Shown here: piece by piece, positions 49,662-62,417 of the stretch
Numbering within the stretch: position 1 is the first letter of the stretch
Layout: each line of letters begins with the position of its first letter
Origin: Utricularia gibba
Lineage: Eukaryota; Plantae; Magnoliophyta
NCBI GenBank assembly: GCA_002189035.1
Contig: CM007991.1
Location: 3,534,001-3,598,000 of the forward strand
Direction of reading: 5' to 3'
Length of the DNA: 64,000 bases
Made by a program: the position numbers and the translations under genes
Notes under the pieces: generated by a model
Seen by the model: the letters and a program-made list of their open reading frames with translations, nothing else
Databases searched by the model: none
Told to the model about the DNA's origin: nothing

Positions 49662-51719
49662 CTAGAAGCTTATCTCTGCTGGTAAGCTGCTCTGTAGAAA
49701 ATGCAGGCTGAAAAACAAAAACGAGTTGGTTGCATTTTTTTTCTATACCCAATAATATGATCTATAAATAGCTCTCTGAAGATTCCCTCTTCCGAGTACC
49801 TTGCAGACATGAAAGCCATTCCGAAGAAGACAGCTTTAACTGCTTGCCTTTGTCCGGAATAATCAAATGCAAGTGGTAGCATTTCGTGCAATGTTAGAAA
49901 TGCCATAACACCACCAACTGCAAACAGCCATATATCTCAGTGTTATATGTATGACACGATAAGCAGCAGTCCCCAGAGGACACAGGAACCGAACCTGAAC
50001 CAAGAAGCCCTTCCATGATTTCAGGGCTTATGCTCCTTGGGAAAAGATAAGCTGCAAGGTCAAGTGTGCAGTTATCATCAACTCCATTCTTATTAGCATC
50101 CAATCCACCATACAGAAGAGAAGAGGTTCCCACCTACAATGATCACACCCATCGGCTCGGCAAACCCTGTTAGAGTTGCTACCTTGAAGGCCTGCCATTT
50201 GCTGAAACCAAATGAAGATACTTCCATTGTTAGGCGAGTACAGTTTTTGCAACCAGCATATCAGTACATTGCATCTTCCACTTGTCAAAGTAAAGCTTGT
50301 TCTTCAACACTCACATTCAAAAGATATACCTTTGTGTGGCAAAATAAATGGAAGAGCAACTGCAACCCCCTGTAAATAAAACCATGCAATGCTTCTTCAA
50401 ACTCCAATTCCATGTAGAATGCAGCAGCCATCTGAGACGAAGGAAAAGGTACCTCAGGAATATTGTGCAAGGCGATGGCTAGCGCCAGGTTCAGACCAAC
50501 GCGCAGATCCTGAGAGAGATCAGAATATACATGTAAAGATAAGGCTTGTAGAGCACTTGGGCTGGCTACACTGCAGTAAGAAATTGTCCTGAGATGGATT
50601 GAGCTTAATGTGATAAAGAAGTGCTAAGGAGGTTGCTACCTTGAGTGACCCCAGAAACACAGCCATTCCTTCTGGGAAATTATGCAAACTTATACCTGAA
50701 AGAGGACGATGGATACGGTATAAATATAGAAATCATACCCATATCTACAGATGACTTGCAGTAAGTGATGATCAGTGCAGAGCTACTGAAACAGGCTACA
50801 AGTGATGATACAGGTATTGACCAATAGCAGTGATGACTCCACTAAGGAACACTTGACGCCGATGCTTCTTCATAACATCCTTGCCGCCATCATCATCTCC
50901 ACTCTGTTAAAAACTTCAATATTTAATGAAGAAGAAGGATGACTATAAGTTGAGAAGGATTAAAACAAAACCTTTATGTTCGAAAGAGGGCCAAGATTTG
51001 GTTCAGGGATGAAGTGAGAGATTAAGGCAAAGAAAACTACACCTGCAAAAAACTGATGAACCAATAAAAAGAATTATCACAGGTAACAGAGAGTAAAACA
51101 TGTAGCATAGAACTCACAGCAACTTACCCATAGGTTCGCCTTCAAGAATCCAATGGAATTTATTGCGTTATGTGCCAAGTCAAAGAAAGATATGCTCAGC
51201 ATAAGCCCAGAAGCAAATCCCTGAGAGAACCATTGAACAAAAGAAGCAACTATTACAAGTCAAGGGAAAATAAAAAACCAGCTACAAGCCTACTAAACAA
51301 ACAAAAAAACATTTTTTAATTTGGAAATGAAAACAATTCATACCTGTAAAATGCCAAGCATCTTTAAATTTGGAGCCTTATAGGCGACCACAAAAAGTGC
51401 TCCTGAAAGCATGTTAGTTTGTATTGAAAACAAGAATTTGAAACCATATTTACAGTCTAATTTAAGTGGGAAGATGACGCAATAATAATCATGATAAGGA
51501 TGAACGACTCAGACAATATCTTCGGATTCAGAGACTGCAGTCAAGTAGATGCATATGAATAATACAGTAGAATCAATAGCCATGCCGTTCAGCAAGACAA
51601 AAAATCTTTTTTTAAGGCAAGAACCCATATTGCGAACTCGACTCACCAACAGAAGTACTGAGGCCGCCAAGTAGAGAAAGCGCGAAAGCCACCGCAACCT
51701 GGGAATCAATTAAACCCAT
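49662..51719 (-). CDS. ZTP29: ZIP/ZupT-family zinc transporter ZTP29, with one apparent -1 frameshift
   Basis: MGLIDSQVAVAFALSLLGGLSTSVG start, GISLHNFPEG, AIALHNIPEGVAVALP, FAEPMGV and MAFLTLHEMLPLAFDY. The exon near 50330-50370 is one base short. Confidence 0.92.
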
Positions 51720-52925
51720 TTCCTGCGAGTTGAATAAACCCTGGAGGCAACCCAGGGAGTATATATAAAACGGAAAAGGGGAACGATCATAATCATAAAC
51801 GAACAAACGCTCTCGCTGTACTGCAAGCAGGATGAGAAGAGAATGGGAATACGGTTCTTCAGCGCCCCAGTCGCTGTCCTAGATGCATCTTAAATATGCG
51901 ATTTACCTTTTCAGGATTATTCACCAATGAGTCTGATGAAGCAACGAATATACAATCGAGGAAAGAAACAAAAGCGGAAGCTCTTTCCCGAGCATTTGCT
52001 TTTGATCCATTCAAAGCTTTTCGCTTTCGCTCAAATTCGGTCAACTGGGGTTATGAATCTTTACATGGTGTTTTCTGGAGATGGGTTTGGCAACATTCGT
52101 ACATTTGGAAGTCGACGAAACCACTTCCCCCATAGAACCACTACCAAGCATCATTTAATGTCATTGGAAAGAGAATCCAGCTTCCCTTGCCCACAACACT
52201 CAGTTTAACGTTACAGGGGAGCAAATTTTCAGAGGCACACACGATATTACATCAAGGAGATGGGAGAAAAAAGTAGAATGCTGTGAAATTGGTTACCTTT
52301 ACATGCAAATGGTTCTGAGAGTTGAGCATGCATTACAAGTAACTGTTGGTGCATTATGTTTCTCAACATACTTCGCACGTTCACAGTTATACCTGCATTA
52401 CTTGTCTCAAGATACGACTTTCGATCATTTTTGACAAACTTGTGCTGAAAAACCAGTTCTAAAACATGGAGATTATCAATTTAGCAGTCAGTGTAATGAC
52501 CCTGATAAGTACATATGTGTTGCAAGTGAGGCCTCTAGCTAATGAGACATGAAATTACTCCATGACTCATGTGATTCACACAATCACACACCAGCAACTT
52601 TAGCAAGATGAAAGTATGAATCTTGTTGCTAGCAGAAACTAAAGCCACAGCCCAGGAATCAGATAAGCAATAAAGAAAGGTTAGACATATGCTAATCATA
52701 AGATCATAGAGACAAAGATGCAAACAAGGCATTTATTCATTCACCAGTAACCTCAACTTCAATTTGTTCTCGGGGAAGCAACAAAAGTTTCTAGGCAAAA
52801 ATCCTCTCCTAGACTCTTCCCATGCTAATACCCAAAAAATGTATGTCTAATGAAATCCTTTGCCAGTAACATTAGCAAACAAGCCAACACAATAAAAAAT
52901 TTCCCAGCTATGGAAGATTGGGAGA

Positions 52926-53743
52926 TTACTCTTTGGTCTGTCCAAGGTTAATACTTGCAATGGCATCAACCGCCCCAGCTTCCCTTGTCTTCTTTTCTTC
53001 CTCGATCAATTTTTTATTCTTCTCAATTGCAGCCGCCACCTCCGCCGGCATGTATTTCTCGTCGTGCTTAGCCAAAACTTCCGTTGCTGCAAAATAGCAG
53101 CCTAAATTTCTTGCCTTTTCGGTAACCTCCAATTTGCTACTGCTCCCTAGTGACGCCTCATCCTTCTTCCTGATCTCCTCATCAACCGGCTTAACAAAAC
53201 CTTCCACCACCACAGAGTGCCCCTCGCGAAAGAGATCGGGCAGACTTCCTGTATACTTAACTAAAATATCGGTGACCAAATCGGTGATCACGAACTGGGT
53301 TTCGGGGACAAGGGAACATGGACTACACTATTCTCGAGAACAAGTCCACCTAGGCGAAACTTGGCCTTCGAAGGATTGGAGTTGTATTTCTCCAGAGCAT
53401 CGGTAGGGGTTATATAGAAGACTAACTGATCCTGGAATTGGTTAAGAACGATAACAATGAACCCTGCGATGCAGCTGAAGGATAGGGCGTAGCCCCAAAG
53501 GCGCCGAGTTTGTAGCTGACGAGCACGGGCGCCGATGTCGACCTTCTTCGTGCCGTTGCGAGTTGACAAAAAGCGATATTGGAAAAAGCGGGGGCCAGGG
53601 TTAGGATTTCCGAGTCTAGGGTACCGGTGAGAGCTGAAGAAAGGGGGCAAGGGATTAGGATGATTAACACTACGAGTGGAAACTAAGACGGCGGCGCCGC
53701 GGCGGATATGGGAAAGGAGGCGGGAGGAGATTCGGGAAGCCAT
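52926..53743 (-). CDS. CCME: Mitochondrial cytochrome c maturation haem chaperone CcmE, with one apparent -1 frameshift
   Basis: Transit-peptide-like N-terminus, [36 protein letters not shown] and haem-binding [10 protein letters not shown]. The frame breaks at the G4 run 53304-53307. Confidence 0.93.
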
Positions 53744-53829
53744 TGAAGAGGCTCGGTCGGAAAGCACAAAACTTTCTCAATGCCCTATATATGTATATAT
53801 TCCTTTTAGAAGGTAAAATACACTTTTCA

Positions 53830-54040
53830 TGGGTAAAAAGGAGGCGTGAGGGTGAGGGTTTCCAAGTCTACGGTACCGGTGAAAGCTGAAGAAAGCGGGC
53901 AAGGAGTGGTAGCCATGACGGCGGCGCCACGGTGAGATGGGATAGGAGCCGAGATTAGGGAAGCCAATGATGACGCTCGGTAACCAAAGATAGCTCGATC
54001 GGAAAGCCACCCTCGTGACAAAACTTTCTCAATGCCCTAT
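53830..54040 (-). pseudogene. Decayed tandem duplicate of the CcmE 5' leader and transit-peptide region
   Basis: Identical 22-mer CAAAACTTTCTCAATGCCCTAT at 53767 and 54019, and GTACCGGTGA[G/A]AGCTGAAGAAAG at 53621 and 53872 (offset ~252). The ATG GCT TCC CGA ATC start reads TTG GCT TCC CTA ATC in the copy. Confidence 0.8.
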
Positions 54041-54675
54041 CCATATGTTAGGTAAAATACACATTCCAGTACATCACTCACATTACGCCGATTGGAATCC
54101 TTGATTTACTCCTGTAATCTTAACAACGTAAATCAGGAGAAGCTTTGCTTGCGACAGAAATTCATCTTTTTGTAGTGCTGGTTTTTGCTTTCACTTCCAT
54201 GGATGATTTATCTCGTTGCATGAGTACCGTGGCTGTTTTTTTCGAGTTACAGTTCGGGGAAGCTAGGGGAAAGTAACTTCTGACTGGCGTGAGGGAAAGG
54301 GTAGTTTCTCCGAATCCAAGCTTCCATCTTTTGGGATCGGTAAAGGTATGATTTAGACCCTTACCAAAGATTGTTCGTTCCCTTATGGGTATGCAATGGT
54401 AGCTACTCTTGCTGCTGCAGTTATACTTTGGTATTTCTCATCGTTGTAATGAACTGATTGTCACTGTGTGTTATGGTGTGGTGAATCTGCTTCGTTTCTT
54501 CAAGCTTAGATGGGCTTATTCTTCTTTCCCATATTTTTCTGCTCAGTTTTGATGTAACTGTTTTCTGCAAACTTATGTAGGTTGGAAAGGTTCCAAGAGC
54601 TTGGAATTTGAAGTTTTTATTTCCCGGTAGTATCTTCCTGTTGAAGGTGTTTTCCTTATCTCTGCACCAGCAAGA

Positions 54676-55755
54676 ATGAGCAAGGGACGGCCTCCTGGTC
54701 CTGTGTCGGTTCTAAGAGGTCACAGGGCTTCAGTTACAGATGTTTCCTTTCATCCCACTAGAAGCATGTTGTTCACGGGTTCAGCGGATGGTGAGCTGCG
54801 TATTTGGGATACCCTGCAGCATCGGACGATCGCAGCTTCCTGGCTGCATAGTGCTGCTCATGGCATTATGGCTGTTGCTGCTGATGGAGAAACTGGAGTT
54901 ATCAGTCAAGGAAGAGATGGAACAGTCAGATACTGGGATATTGGCCAAGGTGGATTCTCCAGAAGTCCATTGGCTACAATCAAAACCAATTCCTACCACT
55001 TCTGCAAGCTTTCTATTCTGAACAAGCAGCACGCTGTGCTTCAGCCAGAAGAAACAGTAAGCGGGGATAAGCTTCAATGCTCTGAGGAATCGAAAGGAAA
55101 TACATACATTGCTGTTGCTGGAGAGGATTTATCAGCGATTGAAGTTTGGGATGTGGGTAGAGTCCAAAAGTTGGCACAGTTACCTTCCCAGAAAGCAAGA
55201 GGAATGTGCATGTCTATTAAAGCATTTTTACCTGCACAACATGAAGGTTTTATGAATATTATTTCTGGCCATGAGGATGGATCCATGCTTTGGTGGGATG
55301 TGAGGAATCCAGGCTTGCCATTGACATGTTTGAAGTTTCACAGTGAGCCAGTTCTAAGCTTGTCCGTGGACAGCATCTGTAAGGGAGGGGTTTCTGCATC
55401 TGCTGACAGTAAAATTGCAGTATTTACGTTGGACCCTCCATCAGGCGCCTGTGTTATCAAGAAGGAAATCACTCTGGAGCGTCCTGGGGTGGCTGGAACT
55501 TCAATCCGACCAGATGATCGGATTTTTGCAACTGCTGGTTGGGATCACAGGGTGAGGATATACGGCTACCGCAAAGTAAACGCGTTGGCTATCTTGAACT
55601 ACCACCAGGCAACGTGCAACGCAGTATCTTTCGCTCCAAACAACAGGATGTTGGCTTCATGTTCAGAAGACCACACTGTGGCATTGTGGGAAATATATCC
55701 ACCAACTCAGAAGTTCATGGGTTCCATTGCTGCTCCATCTGTGCAACAGCATTGA
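54676..55755 (+). CDS. DSE1: WD40-repeat protein, GNB1L/ASA1-like (DSE1/TANMEI/ALT2-like), intronless CDS
   Basis: PVSVLRGHRASVTDVSFHP, TGSADGELRIWD, SQGRDGTVRYWD, HFCK, ATAGWDHRVRIY and LASCSEDHTVALWEIYPP in one uninterrupted 359-aa ORF. Confidence 0.85.
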   Translation: MSKGRPPGPVSVLRGHRASVTDVSFHPTRSMLFTGSADGELRIWDTLQHRTIAASWLHSAAHGIMAVAADGETGVISQGRDGTVRYWDIGQGGFSRSPLATIKTNSYHFCKLSILNKQHAVLQPEETVSGDKLQCSEESKGNTYIAVAGEDLSAIEVWDVGRVQKLAQLPSQKARGMCMSIKAFLPAQHEGFMNIISGHEDGSMLWWDVRNPGLPLTCLKFHSEPVLSLSVDSICKGGVSASADSKIAVFTLDPPSGACVIKKEITLERPGVAGTSIRPDDRIFATAGWDHRVRIYGYRKVNALAILNYHQATCNAVSFAPNNRMLASCSEDHTVALWEIYPPTQKFMGSIAAPSVQQH

Positions 55756-56342
55756 AGAGGGACGTTGAACTCTTCAGATCAGGCAGTTTTGAGAAGCGGT
55801 CAAGAATGACATGGTAAGGAGTATAAACAATTAACTAGCTCATGAAACTATGAAGTTGGAATCTTTGTTTACTGGGATGTTGCTCTATATTTCAGGCATT
55901 TGTTTGCCGATGTATCGAGGGGATCTGGGCTGTGGACAGGCTGCAGAGGCTGGGGATCTCCCATTACTTTCACACCGAGATTGATGCAGCGAGTTTCTTC
56001 AAGTCCATCCCCAGATATTGGAATCAAGCCCACTCTTTATTCAACTTGACATCGGAAAAAAATGTAAAGCAAGAACCTTGGAAACATTAGGCTTTCCGGG
56101 ATGCAGCACATCAATGACCTAGAGCAGTCGAAGAAATCACCAGAATGTAAAGGGGAGCAAAAATGGAAGAGCAAAAGGAGGCGACTTTCTATAAAAGAAC
56201 ACGTTGGATCATACAAATTGCTTTGTCGACAGGAGGCGATTTGTCATAAACTTCCCCTGATAGCAAAGTGGTTATCTAATACAAGAAAAGAGGAGTTCCT
56301 CTTAATCTTCAGAAGCAAACAAGTGCAAAAAGTGGACCTTTT

Positions 56343-56909
56343 CTATTCCATAACTGCAACCCCTCCAACAAGCTTGATCTTCTCAATTATGGTATTCGCC
56401 TCCTCTTTAGTAACCTGCTGCTTGAGTATAACAGGTACTTTCTCCACCAAGTCCTTGGCTTCCTTCAATCCCAGATCAGTGAATGAACGGATTTCCTTTA
56501 TAACCTTTAGTTTTGCACCTGCATCATACTTCTCCAACTTCACATCAAATGTGGTTTTCTCAACCTTCTTTTCTTCAGCCTTAGCAGGAACACCCTGCTG
56601 TGCACCAAGATCAACTCCTTCGACGTCAATGGACTCGAGCTTCGGATGCATTACCCTGTCTCTCAGAGCTGGTCCGATTTGCATTCGCTCATCGGCAGGG
56701 AGGGAAGCGATTCTCTCAGCGAGCTGTATTATCTTGTCGGAAGGTGGAGGTCTTGGCCCATATGGATCATAAAAATCAGGGTATCTATACTTGATTGGCT
56801 TTGTATTCGGATCCCTTGGAACATAATCATGTTGGAAAAACCGATACTGGGAAAGGCTGCTTCTTTTGCTAGCAATGCGAGCAATTTGATACAGAGAACC
56901 AACTTTCAT
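56343..56909 (-). CDS. Organellar (probably mitochondrial) ribosomal protein L7/L12-family protein
   Basis: [25 protein letters not shown]-domain and C-domain [42 protein letters not shown]. Confidence 0.9.
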   Translation of the reverse strand: MKVGSLYQIARIASKRSSLSQYRFFQHDYVPRDPNTKPIKYRYPDFYDPYGPRPPPSDKIIQLAERIASLPADERMQIGPALRDRVMHPKLESIDVEGVDLGAQQGVPAKAEEKKVEKTTFDVKLEKYDAGAKLKVIKEIRSFTDLGLKEAKDLVEKVPVILKQQVTKEEANTIIEKIKLVGGVAVME

Positions 56910-57588
56910 TATCTTGTTCTTCTGTTCTTCTATGAAAACAAGAAGCCTCTGATCTTCCTCCACTACAAACGGAGGAAATGAACGGCGTCAGCAAATTCAA
57001 AACGCAAACAGAAAAATCCACAATTTCCCAGAAATAAGAAAGATGAAAACATCGACAGCGGATTTGACAAAACCAATTCCATCGGATACAAACCATTCAT
57101 CCAGAAAATAGCTACCAACAGAAAATTAAAAAATCAGAAGAACCGAATCTTGAAGAACCATTCAGCGGCGAGTAAAATGAATGACCACTCACCAGTAGCC
57201 AAGCACGCAAACGATGAACGCCGGCCGCGGCGGAGAATCAGAAACAGACCCAAGCTCAGAGGGGTAGACGGCGGGTCTACGGTTTAGTGCCAAAAAAATC
57301 AGTAATTGGGCCTAACCTTAAGAAGCCCAGGTAGAGTAGTATGCATCACGAGACCCATTTTGAGCCCAAATTTGATAGCTACCTACCAAAATATCTTTCA
57401 TTATATCTCGAACCTTCTTACGGCGCATGGTTTCCATTCCATTCCCAGATATTTTTCTCTTGGCGATCGCATCGAAGCGATGAGATACAAGTTGCTGCGC
57501 CCACAGCATAGCGCTCGCCGTTTCGATTCATCATTGGCGCCCTGAATCGTCGGCCGTAGGGGGAAGGGTTTGAGGATGCGGAGGTCAT

Positions 57589-58442
57589 ATGGATCGGCAG
57601 GGGGAGTCCGACGTGTCTCCGTGCTACTATTCTGTTCTAGGAATTCGTAAAGACGCCTCCGTTGCTCAAGTTCGGTCGGCTTACCGGAAACTCGCCATGG
57701 TGAGTATTGCTTTCGTCTTCTCAAATCGATCTGTGCTTTGCTTCCGTGTTAATCGTTGAAACTGGATGGGCGGTTCTTTGATTTTGTTCAGAAATGGCAT
57801 CCTGACCGGTGGGCTAAGAACCAATCAGCTGCGGGAGAGGCCAAGCGCCGCTTTCAGAAAATCCAGGAAGCCTACTCAGGTCCTTGATTAGAAATGAATA
57901 AACAATAAGAAAGAGACAAAGAAATTAACTAATAAAAAATTCTCCCTCGTGTGATTAGTGTTGTCCGACCAAGGGAAGAGATCAATGTATGATGCCGGGT
58001 TTCTCGATCTCCTCGAGGAAGATGAGGTTCGTGTGTTCACGCGCCCCCCATAATGTCCAGTTGATCTGCTCTTTTCGTCCCTTCATTAGAGTAGTTGTGA
58101 ATTTGGGTGGTTGTTCAGGGAATGGGCGATTTCTTGCACGACCTGATGAATATGATGGATGAACAGAAGAGTGGAGGTGGCCATGTCGGTGAAACGATTC
58201 TTCTTCGTTTTCCTCTCCCCAGTGGCTGGTTACATTCCCTCCCTTGCTTAACGTTATTGTTTTGTGTTTCGCAGAGGGAGGAAAGCTTAGAGGATCTGCA
58301 GAAGAGTTTCGTGGAACTGTTCGGCGATGATCTGGCCAACATGATGCAGCACCACCACGACCCAACGGCGTGGAGGAGCAGAGAGGAGGGCGGCAGTGCA
58401 CGAGTCACCCCCATCCGCAAGGGCAAGGACTCCCGCCCCTGA
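57589..58442 (+). CDS. Small DnaJ (J-domain) protein
   Basis: [24 protein letters not shown]...YRKLAM|KWHPDRW...[10 protein letters not shown]|[12 protein letters not shown]. The last intron boundaries are uncertain because the phases are ambiguous. Confidence 0.88.
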
Positions 58443-58686
58443 TAATCTAAGCCTGCCCGCTGTCCAGCCAAACCCCCAAGCACTGGTTCGACCATTGAAT
58501 ACTTGATCTCCTTGATTTTACTGTTGACAAACTAGTTGAAACCAAACTCTATTCTGGAATTAAGAAGGATTTGAAGTTATGCCGTGTCTGAAAGAGTACA
58601 AACTACAAAGATGACTGAACTTCCATGTTGTAGGGGCTTTACTCAGCTGCGATTGAATGTAAAATCTCATGGTTTTTGGAAAACCG

Positions 58687-60964
58687 CTACTGGCTGGAAT
58701 AGGAAACGAATGCTGAGAGGATGTTCTTCTTTAAGGTGAACTCATCAGCCTTTGCAGGGTTGATAGACTGCACCATTCCAACACTAGCATCAGTAGCAGT
58801 AAAGATGACAGATACCAAGGTTGATTCCCCACTCACCTTAGCAAGCAAGCGCCCTAAACGCTCAACCTCAGTTTTAGCATAACCTGAGCCCTTGTCCAAA
58901 CTGCCCTTCGCAGCTTTAACATATATCTTGCCGTATCTGCAGAACATCCAGCATTTAAACAGAATCCCACATGAACTGCATTGTAGGAGACCTACCTTGA
59001 CGCAGAGCCCTCCAGGTTATCTGCTTCCTGCTCCAAACGTTTGAATACAGCTTGTTTCTCCTCGGCTCCGGTAGAGGTGACAAATTCCTTGACTAAGTTA
59101 TCAAGGGTGCCAACGATCCCAGCCTAGAATCAAAGAAGTAGAGTAATTTTTAACATTGGTAAGAATGAAGAGGATGAAAGTATGCAACTTTTGAGGTGGT
59201 GCACCTTGGATGTCAACTGGCCCTTTGAATCGCGGCTGGTTCCACATTTTTCATTGATGAAGGAGACAAAGTCATCTAAATCTCTGCCGCCATCGTAATC
59301 CTCACCATCCTTGTTGTTCTTTGGGAAGAATTTCAGCGTTGGAAATCCACTCACACCGTATCTGCTCAAAAGAATGTAGTTTAGCTGTAGCATGCATAGA
59401 CTGGCTTCTTAATGGAAGATGGAAGGATGTGCAGTGCGGATCTTACTTCTCAGCGAGATCCCTGTGCTTGTCAGCATCAATATTTGCGATGACCACCTCT
59501 TCGTCCTGCTTGAATACTGTTGCCACTTTTTCATAAGTCTACATTTACGAAGAGTGGCAAGATCAGCAAACAGAAGCCTCAATCACATAAGGTGAAAACT
59601 GGATAATCAATGAGTTGACACTGCACTCACAGGAGCAAGGCTCTTGCAGTGACCGCACCTGGAAAGCAAAGGAGCAAGTTAAGTGTAAGGATTATACAAT
59701 AGTCATGGTCTTCTAATAATCATATAGTAGATTAAAAAACCTCAAATCACTACGCATAATCTTACCAAGGAGCATAGAACTCAACAAGGACATCCTTTTT
59801 CTGATCAAGCACAATCTCATTGAAGTTATCAGGGGTAAGAACAAGAACATTTGATGGTATAGCTGCAATTTTCACATTGGTCCCTGAAACAGAAAACAAA
59901 TGGGTCATTCCCGCTTCCAGCTCACAAGTATCTATTACTTTTAACAGAATGAATTTAACTTATTGCAGTTATGAGTTCAGAGAACACTCCAACCTGCTTC
60001 ACCGTTGACAAAATCAGCAAGGGCTTCGACAGTTCTTGCACCCTCATATCTAATTAAATTAAAATCATATCACAATTTTATAAGGTGGGAACTGCAACCT
60101 AGTAGATGACTCGTTCAAAGTGAAGGTCGTTGAATAAAACTCACTTTTTCGGCTCCAGGGATCCCTTAGGAAACCACTGGATAGTAGGATATCCAGAAAC
60201 CCCGTACTTACTGCAAAGGCTCTTATGCTCGTCACAGTCAACCTATCACAGGATCAAGTATATCATGACCATAGAAGCTTTTTGATGCCTAAACATTACC
60301 CAAACCACACTATTTAATTTGAATTCCTAAAGGAATTACACCACAGAGTCCAGAACATCGATAAAAAAACAAATCACAGGCCTCTACAAACAAGAAAAGG
60401 AAGCAAATTGTGACACATAATCTGATGGTTCACTTAAGAAAGATGAAGCATAAAACAAACACCAAAAATGAATTTGAACACTAAAAACCATAAGAATCTT
60501 GCCTTGGCAATCAAAACAGACTTTGCCTTCTTGAAACTTGCACCTAACTTTTCATACTCCGGGGCAAGCTTTTTACAATGCCCACACCTATTCACGAAAA
60601 AAAAAAAAAGAACATGAGTTTCTCCAATTCTAATAAAAGAACATGAACATCTAAAATGCTTCCTCATATCTATCATCACCAGAAATCATAAAAAAAAAAA
60701 AAAAAAAAATTCTTTCTGTCAAGTAGCATCGGAAGCTCCCTGAACCCGGAATCATAATTTAACCTAAGGAAATCAAAAAAGAAGAGCTTGGGAAGTCTGA
60801 TCTCCGTACCAGGGAGCATAGAACTCAACAAGTGCATCCTGATCTTGGCCCACCTGTTTCTCGAAATTCTCCTCGGTTAACACCACTACATCATCCGCCA
60901 ACACCGAAGCAACCAACAGCGACGTAAAGATTACAAAGAGGAGACAGATCCTTGATCCGGTCAT
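58687..60964 (-). CDS. PDIL2-1: Protein disulfide isomerase-like 2-1 type (a-a'-ERp29c), 11 exons
   Basis: Signal peptide, two FYAPWCGHCK active sites and a helical C-terminal domain ([10 protein letters not shown]...KKNILSAF). No KDEL, as known for this class. Confidence 0.95.
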
Positions 60965-62417
60965 TCTCAAATTCCCAAAATTTTGCCCAAAAATATCTAT
61001 ACACAACGACTTCAGGTTCTCCTTCCCTTTGGGAGCTGCGTCTTCAAACTCGTAGACAAATGCTTGGTTTAAGCGCATAAATCGTACTTTATATGCGCGT
61101 TGAATCAGTCTCGCATAGTTCTGTCACAAGGGCGTCGTTCACCCAATCAGAAAAACACACGTGTACTCCGTTTTATTATTTATGATAAATGATAAATTAC
61201 ACAAAAACCATTTTAATTTAATAAAAAAACACATCAACAGACAGTAAGATTGGTGTACCATCCAAAGTTATTCAATTTCAATTCTAAAAAATTTAACGTA
61301 ACCTATATCACGAACAATTCATATTCTAAAACGATTTAATCATTATTTTTTAAATAATATTTAAAAAAAACAGATCAGATACCATATATAGAGTTTTTTC
61401 CAGTACCATACCATCATCATCAATGCATCAAATTCTATCATACTTTCCAAAATAAATGTTTTTGGATGCTTATTTTGTTATAGTGGTGATCAAAGATAAA
61501 AATTATCCTAAAATAAACAATCAAAGTTTATATTGATTATATCCAAGATTGGGTTTTCCTATTCAAACAGCTACTTGTTTAAATTTTTATTAAAATTATT
61601 TTGAAATGATTTTTTCAAAAATGAAAGTTATGTATTAATAGTCTTCTAAAGTTACTTTGTTTAATTTTTGAGTATTCGAATTTCTATTAAAAACAAAAAT
61701 TCAAATTTTATGATTAATTTTAAAAATTATTAAATAGTTATTTTAATGATTAAATAAGATATTACTTAGGAAAATTATATTATTCAATTATTATTATTCT
61801 CAAAATATATTTACATCATAATATTGAATTATGTAATAATTTAATATACAAAAAATTTTTAACGTATGATTTATTTTATTAAATTTTATAGTATAATTTT
61901 GTATTATTTCACAAAACAATTTTACAATATCAAAATCAATTGTATTCACATAATCTCAAAATTAATTATATTATACATAATCTAAATCATACCTTTATAT
62001 CGCAGACCCATGGAATGCAATTTTGATTATTTTTTTAATATTTTTAAAATTGTAAAATAAATATTTGTGTATAATAATAATTTATATTAATTTGTTGAAA
62101 CGATGAATGCCTCCCCCTCACCACCTCTGTGCATTCCCGTACCACCCATCAAAACTTCGGCGTCGTTAATCGCCGCCGCGATCTCGTTTTGCAGGCGCAA
62201 CGCAACTTCGTTTCGTTAACCGGCGATTTGGTGTTTGATTTTAGGGTTTTTCTTTGAAAACAACTACTGTCGCTCTGGGGCTTTTTTTTGTTTTTTCAAT
62301 TGTGAGGGGATTGAATGAAGACGGTTTGGGAAAGGTTGGGGATAAAGATGACAAGAAGAGAATGGGTAGTTCAAAGAGGGGAAGATTGATCAAGGAGGGG
62401 AGGGTTCAGCGTTCGGC

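Noticed and set aside
56101-56772. 223-aa plus-strand ORF and similar long antisense ORFs over TCP, FAD2, PLT and SUVR
   Set aside because: These are shadow frames of real genes on the other strand or in another frame, with no recognisable motifs.
58170-58280. Additional frameshift at the last DnaJ intron
   Set aside because: The phases are ambiguous, but a weak phase-0 donor or in-frame intron retention explains it without an error. It cannot be resolved without RNA-seq.
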